Source: a virus. Taken from it: DNA of 64,000 bases. The DNA is taken from positions 43,135-107,134 of IMG/VR virus record IMGVR_UViG_3300009155_000048; one strand, given 5' to 3'. Position numbers and translations under genes: made by a program. Below are positions 1-9,210 of this stretch, piece after piece; position 1 is the first letter of the stretch; the number at the start of each line of letters is the position of its first letter. The notes below the pieces were generated by a model. That model was not told where the DNA came from. It made no database searches and saw only the letters and a program-made list of their open reading frames with translations.

Positions 1-420
1 GTACCCGAATTCTTTGATAAAGATAAATTTAGAATTAACACAGAGTTGATTCCAAATAAAATGACTAAACAATTCATTTCAGAGGATAAAAAGTTTGAAT
101 ATATTTTCAAAGTAATTTTAGGTAGTTTCAATAAGAAGAGAAAGAAACCAATTGGCGTATTCACAGAAGGAACAATTAACATATTTAACAATTTTGTACA
201 AATGATACAAGAAAAAATTGATGAATTCTTTAACAAAAAAAGTGAGATTGAATTAACCAGAAGTGGACTAATTGACTTCTCACAATGGTTTGATGTTAAA
301 TATGATGTGGATGCGGAAGAAAATGTTTATCCAGATGTATATACCGAATTAGAAAAAGGTAAGGAAAAAGATAAAAAAGGAACAAAGGGTGGAAAGTTTG
401 GAGAATATGAAAAGAAATAA
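1..420 (+). CDS. Hypothetical protein, 5'-truncated by the window edge
   Basis: Frame of the 46..420 ORF is open back to base 1 (VPEFFDKDKFRINTELIPNK...). Confidence 0.7.
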   Translation, partial: VPEFFDKDKFRINTELIPNKMTKQFISEDKKFEYIFKVILGSFNKKRKKPIGVFTEGTINIFNNFVQMIQEKIDEFFNKKSEIELTRSGLIDFSQWFDVKYDVDAEENVYPDVYTELEKGKEKDKKGTKGGKFGEYEKK

Positions 421-580
421 TATAGGTGGAGTATTTAAGGTTAATGCAACGGTAACAAAAACTATGATTGAAGACTTAGAGAAACAACACGGGATTGATT
501 TAGTCCAAAGATTGGAGAGTTTACTTGTTTTATTAACAGTTAGAAGACACCGAATTGAAAAAATATTATCTAAAATTTAA
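407..580 (+). CDS. Small hypothetical protein with C-terminal RRHRIEKIL motif
   Basis: ATG at 407 overlaps the end of the upstream gene; stop overlaps the next ATG (TAATG). Confidence 0.7.
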   Translation: MKRNNIGGVFKVNATVTKTMIEDLEKQHGIDLVQRLESLLVLLTVRRHRIEKILSKI

Positions 581-711
581 TGCCATCTGCTCTTATATCA
601 AAACCAAATAATTGGAGTATTTTATTGAAATATAAGAGAAGAGAAAAGTTGACTAAAATCTTAAATAAAATATTAAAAACAATTTCGGTAAATTACATTA
701 TAATTGTATGA
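580..711 (+). CDS. 43-aa microprotein MPSALISKPNNWSILLKYKRREKLTKILNKILKTISVNYIIIV (not in ORF track)
   Basis: TAATG overlap upstream, ATGA overlap downstream, carries the RxxK(I/L)xxIL motif. Confidence 0.6.
   Translation: MPSALISKPNNWSILLKYKRREKLTKILNKILKTISVNYIIIV
677..703 (+). promoter_or_regulatory. Putative middle promoter AAAC-N18-TATAA
   Basis: Same spacing recurs upstream of about 10 genes (see findings). Confidence 0.55.
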
Positions 712-1931
712 TCCAAGTAAAAGAGTATAAACCGAAATCTAAATACAACATAAGAAAAAAGTTAGAGTCAAAAAGATACAGTGTTCAATTTCTACCCGAA
801 CTTCTAATTCAAGAATCTCTTAATAAAAACTTCACATACAAAGAAACTAAGCTTAAAACAGCTTATCTAATTGATATCACACACAATTTATTACTTAAAT
901 ACTACTTCAAGAAAGATAACTTATTTAATCTATCATCAGTAGTTCTTAAAGAAAAATATGGTTATCTATATAACTATTATATGGACTATCTTGTTTCTAA
1001 AGACATTCTTAAACTAGTAAAAAATCACCAAAAAGGTAAAAATGCCAGAATCTATAAATTAAATGAAAAGATTATTAATGGTAAAATCACTCGATATAAA
1101 AATGAGGATTCAATCCTATTAAAGAAATACAAGAATGCTGTATCTTTAATTGAGAAACAAGATATAGACAGTAATACAATCAATCCAGATGTAAAGAGAA
1201 AATTAGTTGATGATTTATTTCATGTTCAAATTCAATTTGATAAGGCTATATTTTTCTTAGATTCAACTCTACAAGATGTAGATATCTATAATAGAAATAA
1301 GTATAGTGTTGAATGTATAAATGATAAACACATATTCTATCACTTTGATAACTATGGCAGAATGCACACAAATTTTACTATTTTAAAATCTTTTATTAGA
1401 AAAAATTGTCTTCTTATTAATGGAGAAGAAACCAGTGAAATTGATATCAAAAATAGTCAACCATTATTTCTCTGTAAGTTAATAGAATCCGATGGTTTAA
1501 TAATTGTCAATACTGATGAATTTGAACTTTTCAAATTTTTGACATATAATGGTAAGTTCTATCAATACTTAATGGATAATTCCAAGTATAGAGATAGAAA
1601 AAATGTTAAAGAAATGATTTATAAGGTTTTTTTTGGTAAGAACTTCAAAAGCAAAGGTGATGATTTATTTAAATCATTATTTCCTACAATACATGAATTT
1701 ATCAAAATCTACAAAAAAGAACATGGTGATTATAGAATTTTAGCACATGACCTTCAAAATTTAGAAAGCAATCTAATTTTTAACAAAATTGTAAAGGAGA
1801 TCATGTATATATACCCTGAGGTAAATTTAATAACTATACATGATAGTATTATTTGTAATACAAAATATAGAGATGTGGTTGAAAAGATTTTCCACAAAAA
1901 CTTAGAAAAAGAATTTCAAAAAATAATATAA
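708..1931 (+). CDS. Minimal family-A (PolA/T7-RNAP superfamily) polymerase-like protein with possible N-terminal winged HTH
   Basis: GRMHT; motif A EIDIKNSQP; motif B RKNVKEMIYKVFFG; LQNLES; motif C TIHDSI; no exonuclease domain. Confidence 0.7.
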   Translation: MIQVKEYKPKSKYNIRKKLESKRYSVQFLPELLIQESLNKNFTYKETKLKTAYLIDITHNLLLKYYFKKDNLFNLSSVVLKEKYGYLYNYYMDYLVSKDILKLVKNHQKGKNARIYKLNEKIINGKITRYKNEDSILLKKYKNAVSLIEKQDIDSNTINPDVKRKLVDDLFHVQIQFDKAIFFLDSTLQDVDIYNRNKYSVECINDKHIFYHFDNYGRMHTNFTILKSFIRKNCLLINGEETSEIDIKNSQPLFLCKLIESDGLIIVNTDEFELFKFLTYNGKFYQYLMDNSKYRDRKNVKEMIYKVFFGKNFKSKGDDLFKSLFPTIHEFIKIYKKEHGDYRILAHDLQNLESNLIFNKIVKEIMYIYPEVNLITIHDSIICNTKYRDVVEKIFHKNLEKEFQKII

Positions 1932-1935
1932 TATA

Positions 1936-2106
1936 ATGAAAAACTACGGGTTATACACAAAAGAAAGAGGAGATAGAGTTGTTGAGATAATTAATAGAGT
2001 TCAAGCGGAAACACTTGAAGAAGCTATTATAATCTTTTCTAAAATAAAGAAACTTACTAAGAAAAATATCATAGATATTTTTGACGTTAAAGAGATAACC
2101 AAATAA
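1936..2106 (+). CDS. 56-aa hypothetical protein MKNYGLYTKERGDRVVEIINRVQAETLEEAII... (not in ORF track)
   Basis: ATG 4 nt after the polymerase stop; fills the gap; TAA at 2104-2106. Confidence 0.65.
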   Translation: MKNYGLYTKERGDRVVEIINRVQAETLEEAIIIFSKIKKLTKKNIIDIFDVKEITK

Positions 2107-2118
2107 GGTTATCTTTTT

Positions 2119-2127
2119 TAATATATA
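2119..2127 (+). promoter_or_regulatory. Putative late promoter TAATATATA
   Basis: Motif seen about 25 times, oriented toward a downstream gene. Confidence 0.65.
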
Positions 2128-2133
2128 CCTGAT

Positions 2134-2709
2134 ATGTTTAATCTATCAGATCCAAATATTTCCTACTTACTCATATCACCAGAAAAAAGTGATAATCTAC
2201 CTTCAGATAATAATTTAAATTGTGAGAAGGTTTGTAGTATTTTATACTCTAAAGATTATACCATAATACCAGTAACCGGATATTATGAGAATAAATATGA
2301 AAAGTCTTTTATTGCAATAAGCTCTAATGATGATAATGATTCTCTAAGATTTGATGCGATTTATTTAATGGATAAATTTGACCAAGATGCTGTTATAGTT
2401 AAATATAAAGGCGATGAAATAGCAACAAAAGTAGAATCTACCGGAACAGAAAAACCAATGAGTGTTGCCATTTATGACTCCGACTTAAAAAATAAAACTT
2501 ATCTATATAACGGTGTTTCTTTTTCATTTGTAGAAAAGAAAAGATACTTTTTCCCAAAGAAAAAAGAAGACCTAAAAAACGGAATGATTGTTGAGTTCTT
2601 TAATAATAATAAATGGATACAAAGACAAGTAATTAACATTGAATCGGAATATGAAAAAATGTTTAAATTACTTATAAAATATGAGAAAATAAGAGTAGAA
2701 TGTAAATAA
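2134..2709 (+). CDS. Hypothetical protein, N-terminus resembles DUF3293
   Basis: LISPE...NNLN...L...GYY...EKSF pattern. Confidence 0.55.
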   Translation: MFNLSDPNISYLLISPEKSDNLPSDNNLNCEKVCSILYSKDYTIIPVTGYYENKYEKSFIAISSNDDNDSLRFDAIYLMDKFDQDAVIVKYKGDEIATKVESTGTEKPMSVAIYDSDLKNKTYLYNGVSFSFVEKKRYFFPKKKEDLKNGMIVEFFNNNKWIQRQVINIESEYEKMFKLLIKYEKIRVECK

Positions 2710-2742
2710 AAAAGAGAGTTAAATTAATTTAACTCTCTTTTT
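2709..2742. terminator. Bidirectional intrinsic terminator
   Basis: Palindrome aaaaagagagttaaattaatttaactctcttttt between convergent genes. Confidence 0.8.
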
Positions 2743-2745
2743 CTT

Positions 2746-3489
2746 TTATTGATATTTATTAATCATTCCAATTTTTGGAACCATAATATTAATATGACCT
2801 TGTAATTTATTGACATCACCATCTTGATAGAAATCATAAATTTTTTTATTTCTTTCTTCAAGTGAAGTATCTAAGGGTTCCTTACTATGACCAAAGTGAT
2901 ACCCAGTAAACTCCATCTGTTTGTAGTTTAACATTTTCATTATTTTCATATCTTGAAATTTATTCTCATATCCAATTCCGATAAAATCTTCATTCCATCC
3001 ACCAATTTTAAATATAGATTCTTTTTTGAAAAGAGATATACCATCAACCATGCTATTCTTAAACCCAGGTCTCTTAATATTCAAGATGTTATTTATATCA
3101 ATAACAGATTCTTGTGGAGTTAAATTGATAATATTTGTAGTTGGAATAACACAATCACAATTATCCAAAGATTGTAATGAAGCAATTAAATCATTTGGGT
3201 TCATAATAAAATCAGCATCACCAAATATAACAACCGGCGACATCGCTCTTCTCAATCCAACATTGTAAGCCCAAGATTTATTAAATGGAACTTCACTCTC
3301 AATGAAAATATGAGAGGCTCTTAGATTTAGATTTTTAATTTTAGAATGTTTATCCTGTTCAACAACAATAACATCCACACCTTGAAATCCAGAAAGCCAA
3401 TCAATTACTCTTCTTAGAGAAATAATTCTATCAGGTCTATACTTAAATGGAATTATATATGTAAACTTGGGGATATAAGTATTTTGCAT
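2746..3489 (-). CDS. GT-A glycosyltransferase (GT2/GT7-like)
   Basis: IIPFKYR, IVVEQD, FNKSWAYNVG, DAD motif, GGWNEDFIG. Confidence 0.85.
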   Translation of the reverse strand: MQNTYIPKFTYIIPFKYRPDRIISLRRVIDWLSGFQGVDVIVVEQDKHSKIKNLNLRASHIFIESEVPFNKSWAYNVGLRRAMSPVVIFGDADFIMNPNDLIASLQSLDNCDCVIPTTNIINLTPQESVIDINNILNIKRPGFKNSMVDGISLFKKESIFKIGGWNEDFIGIGYENKFQDMKIMKMLNYKQMEFTGYHFGHSKEPLDTSLEERNKKIYDFYQDGDVNKLQGHINIMVPKIGMINKYQ

Positions 3490-3533
3490 GCAATTTTTTT
3501 ATTTTTTATTTATATAATGATATTTGAATTTTG

Positions 3534-3565
3534 TTTGATATATTCAAATAAATAACCTATATTTG
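3534..3565 (+). promoter_or_regulatory. Bacteroidota sigma70-type (early) promoter
   Basis: TTTG-N20-TATATTTG. Confidence 0.75.
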
Positions 3566-3583
3566 CTGTTTATATATAATTAT

Positions 3584-4144
3584 ATGATTGATTTATCCAA
3601 AGGACTAAGTTTATTTATATCAAATGATAACCAAATTGAACTATGTTTATCCAGTCTGACTAACTTTTTATCAGAAGAATACACAGTTTTAACTTTCTCT
3701 TTTGGCAAAGATAAATTTGGATTATCACCAACAGAAGATAACTTTAAAGAACAAGTTAAAAAGAATCTCTTTAGAGTTGAAATGCTAGTAGTTCACCTTA
3801 ACTATAAATTAAAGAATTATACTGACTTTTTCAATTTTTTAACAAGTTTAAATCTTATAGTCTTTATAGTGACACCACGATCTAAATCAGATATTTTGTT
3901 AGATAACTCCGGTAGTTACATTAGAAACTTCTATGAGGTTAAAGATAATCCAGATTATTTAACATCAAGTCTTAAAAGGTTTTCAAATCTAACAATTACA
4001 AATATTGATTTGGATTCTTTACCCGATAAATATTTAATCAAAAATATTAATACTGATGAAGAGTTCACAGTAAGTCAATATAAGAAATCTTATATTAGAG
4101 ATAAGAAAATTGACATTTTTTTAGATGATAATGACCAGGATTAA
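3584..4144 (+). CDS. Hypothetical protein with C-terminal RDKKIDIFL motif
   Basis: ATG 3584 lies downstream of the promoter; the track start at 3563 lies inside it. Confidence 0.75.
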   Translation: MIDLSKGLSLFISNDNQIELCLSSLTNFLSEEYTVLTFSFGKDKFGLSPTEDNFKEQVKKNLFRVEMLVVHLNYKLKNYTDFFNFLTSLNLIVFIVTPRSKSDILLDNSGSYIRNFYEVKDNPDYLTSSLKRFSNLTITNIDLDSLPDKYLIKNINTDEEFTVSQYKKSYIRDKKIDIFLDDNDQD

Positions 4145-4188
4145 AAAATTATCCTTATCTTTGTTTTATATACATAACAATTCTATAA

Positions 4189-5283
4189 ATGAGAGTTAGA
4201 AGAAAGTTCCTACAATTGACCAGTCAGACAGTTCCATATGGAACAGAATCTAAAATTAGAAAATTTCTACCAAAAGGAATAAGTAAAGACCAACATGGTA
4301 ACTATTTTATGACAATTGGTGATAATTTCACCACTATGTTTACTTGCCACTTAGATACGGCTTGTAAATATGATAAGCCTGTTAAACACGTTCAAACAGA
4401 TAATCTGATAATGACTGATGGCTCAACCATCTTAGGTGCTGATGATAAAGCCGGAATGACCGTTCTACTCTATATGATTGAGAAAAAAGTACCAGGACTA
4501 TATTATTTTTTTATAGGTGAGGAAGTTGGGTGTATTGGTAGCTCAAACTTATCAATGACTTTTGATTGGACGAACATCACAAAAGTAGTCTCATTTGACC
4601 GAAGAGGCACCAAATCAATTATTACCGAACAGTTTTGTGGCAGATGTTGTTCAGATGAATTTGCTCAAGCATTAGCCGATGAACTAAATTCAACCGGTCT
4701 AGGATTAGAAATGGAACCAGATGATACTGGCATATTAACGGATTCAGCACAATTTGTTGATTTAGTTCATGAATGTACAAACATATCAGTTGGATATTGG
4801 AATGAACACACAACCAATGAGATACAAGATATTGAATTTTTATCTAGATTGTGTAGAGCCGTTGTTAAAATTGATTGGGAATCTCTTCCTATATTCAGAC
4901 AACCAGGTGATGATGATTGTGGCATCTGGGAAGAAGATGAAGTTGAAGTTCTTGATGATGAATATACAGAAAGTGTATTTACATATATCTCAGAAGATAG
5001 TGTTACTAAAAAAATGTATATATCTAAAACTTGGATAGAGTGTGAAAAAGACTTAATCAACAAGATGTTGTTACAAAAAGGATATACACCAAAGTTAATA
5101 ATTTGGGATGGCACTTCTTGTTATTGTCAAGAGCATGAGTCATATGATTTTATAGGAAATAGACAGGATTTAATAAATTTTATTCCCGAACTACAATATA
5201 TACCATATTCACATTTGAAGTCTAATGTTAAATTAGGTAAAGACTATACAAAACTATCAAAAATCGCCGAATATGCAAACTAA
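4189..5283 (+). CDS. M20/M28-family zinc peptidase
   Basis: CHLDT, GADDKAG, GEEVG, FDRRG, EHT; TATCTTTG element at 4156-4163. Confidence 0.85.
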   Translation: MRVRRKFLQLTSQTVPYGTESKIRKFLPKGISKDQHGNYFMTIGDNFTTMFTCHLDTACKYDKPVKHVQTDNLIMTDGSTILGADDKAGMTVLLYMIEKKVPGLYYFFIGEEVGCIGSSNLSMTFDWTNITKVVSFDRRGTKSIITEQFCGRCCSDEFAQALADELNSTGLGLEMEPDDTGILTDSAQFVDLVHECTNISVGYWNEHTTNEIQDIEFLSRLCRAVVKIDWESLPIFRQPGDDDCGIWEEDEVEVLDDEYTESVFTYISEDSVTKKMYISKTWIECEKDLINKMLLQKGYTPKLIIWDGTSCYCQEHESYDFIGNRQDLINFIPELQYIPYSHLKSNVKLGKDYTKLSKIAEYAN

Positions 5284-5854
5284 ATCTATTATACTTGACT
5301 TATATGGTACTTTATTATACTCCGAGTATAAAGCTAGACCTTATCTAAACTTATTTAAGAATATAGGTCTAACCAAAGAAGAAATGAACTATTGGGCGGA
5401 TAAAGTCATGACCAAAAATTATTCATATCTACAAGAGATTGTAGAAGAAATAAAACCAGGCCAATTTGTATATACATCACAATTAGAACATGATATAAAA
5501 TTAGAAATTGAGTCAACACACTTATTTGATGATACTATTCAAGTATTAGAAACTCTTTCTAAAAGGTATAAACTCTATCTATTATCAAATATTGCTACTC
5601 CATATAAAGAGTGTGTGTTTAATTTAGGTATTGATAAATACTTTGATAAGATATTCTTTTCCTGTGATATTGGATACAGAAAACCCCAACCCGAAGCCTT
5701 TGAAATGGTCATAAAACATAGCGGTTTACAACCTAAACAATTACTTATGATTGGGGATAGTCAGAGATCTGATTATGAAGGTGCCTTAAATTCTGGAGTT
5801 AAAGCAGTACTTAAAAACAAGCCTCTCAATCTGATACTATCAGAGATTAACTAA
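5273..5854 (+). CDS. HAD-superfamily hydrolase
   Basis: DLYGTL, LLSN, RKPQPEAF, IGDSQRSDY. Confidence 0.9.
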   Translation: MQTKSIILDLYGTLLYSEYKARPYLNLFKNIGLTKEEMNYWADKVMTKNYSYLQEIVEEIKPGQFVYTSQLEHDIKLEIESTHLFDDTIQVLETLSKRYKLYLLSNIATPYKECVFNLGIDKYFDKIFFSCDIGYRKPQPEAFEMVIKHSGLQPKQLLMIGDSQRSDYEGALNSGVKAVLKNKPLNLILSEIN

Positions 5855-6041
5855 GAATAATACCTGGATTTTTATATCCTTTTTGTTCTACAATCTCCAA
5901 TAGTTGATTAGGACTTAAATTAGTTTTATCCCAACCTTTCTTTCTTGCATATTCGGAAATAAATTTCTCTCTCAACATATTAACATCATCAGTTGATAAA
6001 TTGTTAGTTGATTTAATTAATTTTTCATTATCGCTTTGCAT
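5847..6041 (-). CDS. Small hypothetical protein
   Basis: ORF preceded by TAATATATA (minus strand, ~6066-6074). Confidence 0.7.
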   Translation of the reverse strand: MQSDNEKLIKSTNNLSTDDVNMLREKFISEYARKKGWDKTNLSPNQLLEIVEQKGYKNPGIILS

Positions 6042-6083
6042 ATTTACTTTTTATTTTTGTAAAAGTATATATTAAGAGTTTAA

Positions 6084-6116
6084 CCTTGGAAATTCCAAAA
6101 ATTTTCCATATATTTG
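6084..6116 (+). promoter_or_regulatory. Bacteroidota sigma70-type (early) promoter
   Basis: CTTG-N21-TATATTTG ending 4 nt before ATG 6121. Confidence 0.65.
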
Positions 6117-6120
6117 TAGT

Positions 6121-6642
6121 ATGGTTATCAAGATAAGAGGCATATTAGAATTTAGTCCAGAGGATGTGACCAGAAAACACAGAAATCAATCCTCTTGGAA
6201 AAGAGTTGCTATCATCAAAACTGATTGTGACTTAGACCGATACTATGCTTGGTTTTTAAAGAAAAGATTCAATCTAGAATTAAATAAGAATCTTAGAGGT
6301 ACTCACGTTACTTTTATCAATGATAAATTTGAAAAAGGTATATTTGACCAATTTGCTCCTCTTTTTAATGGTAAAGAAATAAATTTCTACATAGAAACCG
6401 AACCAAGATCTAATGGTGAGCATTGGTGGTTGAGAGTTCACTGTCCAGAAGCAGAGTCTATAAGAGAACTTATGGGTTTAAGTAGAGATCCATACTTTGG
6501 ATTACACTTAACATTAGGACACGCTAATGAAAAATACATAGCTCACTCTGAATACATTACCGAACAATGTAAGAGATTTGAGATAATTTCTAACGAACCT
6601 CGTAGACCACTCAATGAGCATGAAATAATAGAGTTCAAGTAA
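6121..6642 (+). CDS. 2H phosphoesterase (Acb1/57B-like or RNA-repair type)
   Basis: Two HxT motifs: GTHVTFI and GLHLTLG. Confidence 0.75.
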   Translation: MVIKIRGILEFSPEDVTRKHRNQSSWKRVAIIKTDCDLDRYYAWFLKKRFNLELNKNLRGTHVTFINDKFEKGIFDQFAPLFNGKEINFYIETEPRSNGEHWWLRVHCPEAESIRELMGLSRDPYFGLHLTLGHANEKYIAHSEYITEQCKRFEIISNEPRRPLNEHEIIEFK

Positions 6643-6672
6643 ACAAACTTGAACTCTTTTTATATCATGACT

Positions 6673-7467
6673 ATGCCAGAGATTTCGGAAGTTAGAATAA
6701 TGTCTGATTTTATTAATCAGAATTCCAAGAACAAATTTAATAAAGCCTTTCACGTTGAAAAAGGAAATATTCCTACACAATTCCTTGATAAAGAATTTGA
6801 TATAAAATCTGATTCTAGAGGAAAAGAACTATTACTATTCATTGATGATTTACCTATTCATGTCTTTATGGGAATGAGTGGCAATTGGAAATATACTCCA
6901 ACTGAAAAATGGAATGAAACTAAATTCACTAGGCTTAGACTAGATGACGAAACCGGACACTCACTATTATTATATGGTGGGTTTATGGGACCAAAATACT
7001 CGGTTGGTAAACCATTCACCGGAACCAAAAGAGGACCAGATCCAACTAAAGAGTTTGATGATTTCAAATCAAATATCTATAAGAATATAGACAATAAAGC
7101 TTTTGATAAACCTATCTGCGAAACTTTACTTAATCAAGAGTATTTTAATGGAATTGGCAACTATATCAGAAGCACCTTAATATTCTATGCTGATGTGAAT
7201 CCATTTGAAAAAGCAAGAACTATATTACAAAATTCTGATAGAGTACTTAATTTATGTAAGGATGTTCCTCTTAAATCTTATGAATTGAACGGTGGGCAAC
7301 TCAAAGATTGGAAATCACCATTTGATACCGACTCTACTGAATTTAAGAAATGGGTATTTTATCAAAAGGGATTGGCTTGTACCGATAAAACCGGTAGAAC
7401 ATTCTGGTTTGATGAGAAATGGAAGGACTATTGTCCATATGAAATTAAGAAAAAACGTGGAAAATAA
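6673..7467 (+). CDS. Fpg/Nei DNA glycosylase/AP lyase, NEIL1-like (zincless finger)
   Basis: MPE N-terminus sets the start at 6673; RGKEL, GMSG, H2TH LLNQEYFNGIGNY, GRTFWF. Confidence 0.9.
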   Translation: MPEISEVRIMSDFINQNSKNKFNKAFHVEKGNIPTQFLDKEFDIKSDSRGKELLLFIDDLPIHVFMGMSGNWKYTPTEKWNETKFTRLRLDDETGHSLLLYGGFMGPKYSVGKPFTGTKRGPDPTKEFDDFKSNIYKNIDNKAFDKPICETLLNQEYFNGIGNYIRSTLIFYADVNPFEKARTILQNSDRVLNLCKDVPLKSYELNGGQLKDWKSPFDTDSTEFKKWVFYQKGLACTDKTGRTFWFDEKWKDYCPYEIKKKRGK

Positions 7468-7927
7468 CTTTATTTATAGTGATAGAGGTGAGGGTAAAAC
7501 TGAATTTATAACAAGATTAGCCAATGATTTATATAGAAAAGGTGGTTATAAAATAGATTTTTATTCACTAACATCAGAGAGTTTACCGAATTTAGAAAGA
7601 GGAATTTCATATGATATTTACCCAAATAATATTGTAAATAGAAATTACATTTTAGACCTCAAAAAAGAAAAGATAAAAGCAGGTAAACTAGATATTCTTT
7701 TCATAGATGATATAGATTACTTAGATAATTGGGATGATATATTATCACTAAATTGTGATAAATTTATCACTGTTGATATATTGGAAGAAAGAAATTACCC
7801 AAAAAGAAGCTGTAATATGGTAAAATTAAAAGGAAACTATAATCTTTTTCACTTACCTGATATAGAATATAATAGCTTCTTAAAACCTTATTTAAGAGAG
7901 AAAAAATTAGACATATTATTAAAATGA
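7439..7927 (+). CDS. Small P-loop NTPase-like protein with C-terminal REKKLDILL motif
   Basis: Walker A-like SDRGEGKT, Walker B ILFIDD; start at 7439 (or GTG 7457) avoids a long overlap. Confidence 0.65.
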   Translation: MKLRKNVENNFIYSDRGEGKTEFITRLANDLYRKGGYKIDFYSLTSESLPNLERGISYDIYPNNIVNRNYILDLKKEKIKAGKLDILFIDDIDYLDNWDDILSLNCDKFITVDILEERNYPKRSCNMVKLKGNYNLFHLPDIEYNSFLKPYLREKKLDILLK

Positions 7928-8754
7928 TCAAAGCAGATAAATACTACATTCAGAATCTTGTAAATATTATGAGTGATGGAACATTTGATGAAAACCCAAG
8001 ACCAAAATGGTCTGATGGAAACCCAGCTCACTCAAGATTCATTACTCAAGTATTTGAGGAATATGACTTATCAAAAGGTGAGTTTCCAATTACTACATTG
8101 AGAAATACTGCAATTAAAACCGGAATTAAAGAAATACTTTGGATTTATCAAAAACAATCAAATTCATTAGAGGTTGCCAGAGAGATGGGCATTAATTGGT
8201 GGGATGAATGGAACATTGGGGATGGAACAATTGGTCAAAGATATGGCGCTACAATAAAAAGATATGATTTGGTAAATAAAAGACTAACCTCATTAAAAGA
8301 AGATCCATTTTCAAGAAGACATATTATTAATATGTATCAAGAATCGGATATGGAAGAAACAAAAGGATTACACCCCTGTGCATTTGAGACACATTGGTCA
8401 GTTAGGAAAATAGATGGTGACTTCTATTTAGATTTAACATTAATTCAAAGAAGTAATGATTATATAATGGCTGGGTATATCAATAAGATTCAATATGTTG
8501 CATTACAAATGATGTTTGCATCCCACTTAGGATATAAAATTGGTAAATTCTGTCATTTTGTTCAAAATCTTCATGTTTATGATAGACATTTTGAGGCATT
8601 AAATGAAATATTAGATAGACGTGGTCTAACTAATCAACCATATATTTCATTGAAATCTGATAAAAACTTTTACGATTTCACAATAGATGACTTCGAGATA
8701 CATAACATAGATGGTATTAAGAAGTTAAACTCTAATTTAGAAATAGCTGTTTAA
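7924..8754 (+). CDS. thyA: Thymidylate synthase
   Basis: FPITTLR, SRRHI, LHPCAF, QRSND, NLHVYDRH. Confidence 0.95.
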   Translation: MIKADKYYIQNLVNIMSDGTFDENPRPKWSDGNPAHSRFITQVFEEYDLSKGEFPITTLRNTAIKTGIKEILWIYQKQSNSLEVAREMGINWWDEWNIGDGTIGQRYGATIKRYDLVNKRLTSLKEDPFSRRHIINMYQESDMEETKGLHPCAFETHWSVRKIDGDFYLDLTLIQRSNDYIMAGYINKIQYVALQMMFASHLGYKIGKFCHFVQNLHVYDRHFEALNEILDRRGLTNQPYISLKSDKNFYDFTIDDFEIHNIDGIKKLNSNLEIAV

Positions 8755-8759
8755 AACAA

Positions 8760-8786
8760 AAAAGTCCTTATATTATAAGGACTTTT
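8760..8786. terminator. Bidirectional intrinsic terminator
   Basis: aaaagtccttata / tataaggactttt hairpin between convergent genes. Confidence 0.75.
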
Positions 8787-8795
8787 ATTCTAAAT

Positions 8796-9089
8796 TTAGA
8801 AAGTTACTGAATCTCCACTATCTGGGAAAATTCCGGTATTATAACCCAATTCTGGGAAACTAATAACTAAATTTTTAGCACCAGATGGGGTACCGCCAAT
8901 AGCAGTTCTTGAGAAAGTAACAGACTCAGTTCCATCTAATGTAGTTCCTAATATGGTAAAATTCACACTATTAGTAAGTCCACTAAGTGTAGCTGGTCCT
9001 CCTCCTCTTACGTGAAAAGCTTGGTAGTTCACAGTTAATACGTTCGCTGAATACGTAGCCGAAGTGATGTGGATGTAAGGTCTTGACAT
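8796..9089 (-). CDS. 97-aa beta-rich late protein, candidate capsid decoration protein
   Basis: Start MSRPYIHIT at 9089 behind a late promoter; directly downstream of the major capsid gene. Confidence 0.6.
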   Translation of the reverse strand: MSRPYIHITSATYSANVLTVNYQAFHVRGGGPATLSGLTNSVNFTILGTTLDGTESVTFSRTAIGGTPSGAKNLVISFPELGYNTGIFPDSGDSVTF

Positions 9090-9158
9090 AATATTAAATA
9101 TTTTTCTTTTATATATTAAAATAAAAAAGTGATTTCCTTCACTATTTGATTTTTTTAA

Positions 9159-9196
9159 AAAAAACAAACCCTCTCAATTGAGAGGGTTTGTTTTTT
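9159..9196 (-). terminator. Intrinsic terminator after the major capsid gene
   Basis: aaaacaaaccctctcaattgagagggtttgtttt. Confidence 0.85.
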
Positions 9197-9210
9197 ATCA
9201 TTACTATAGA

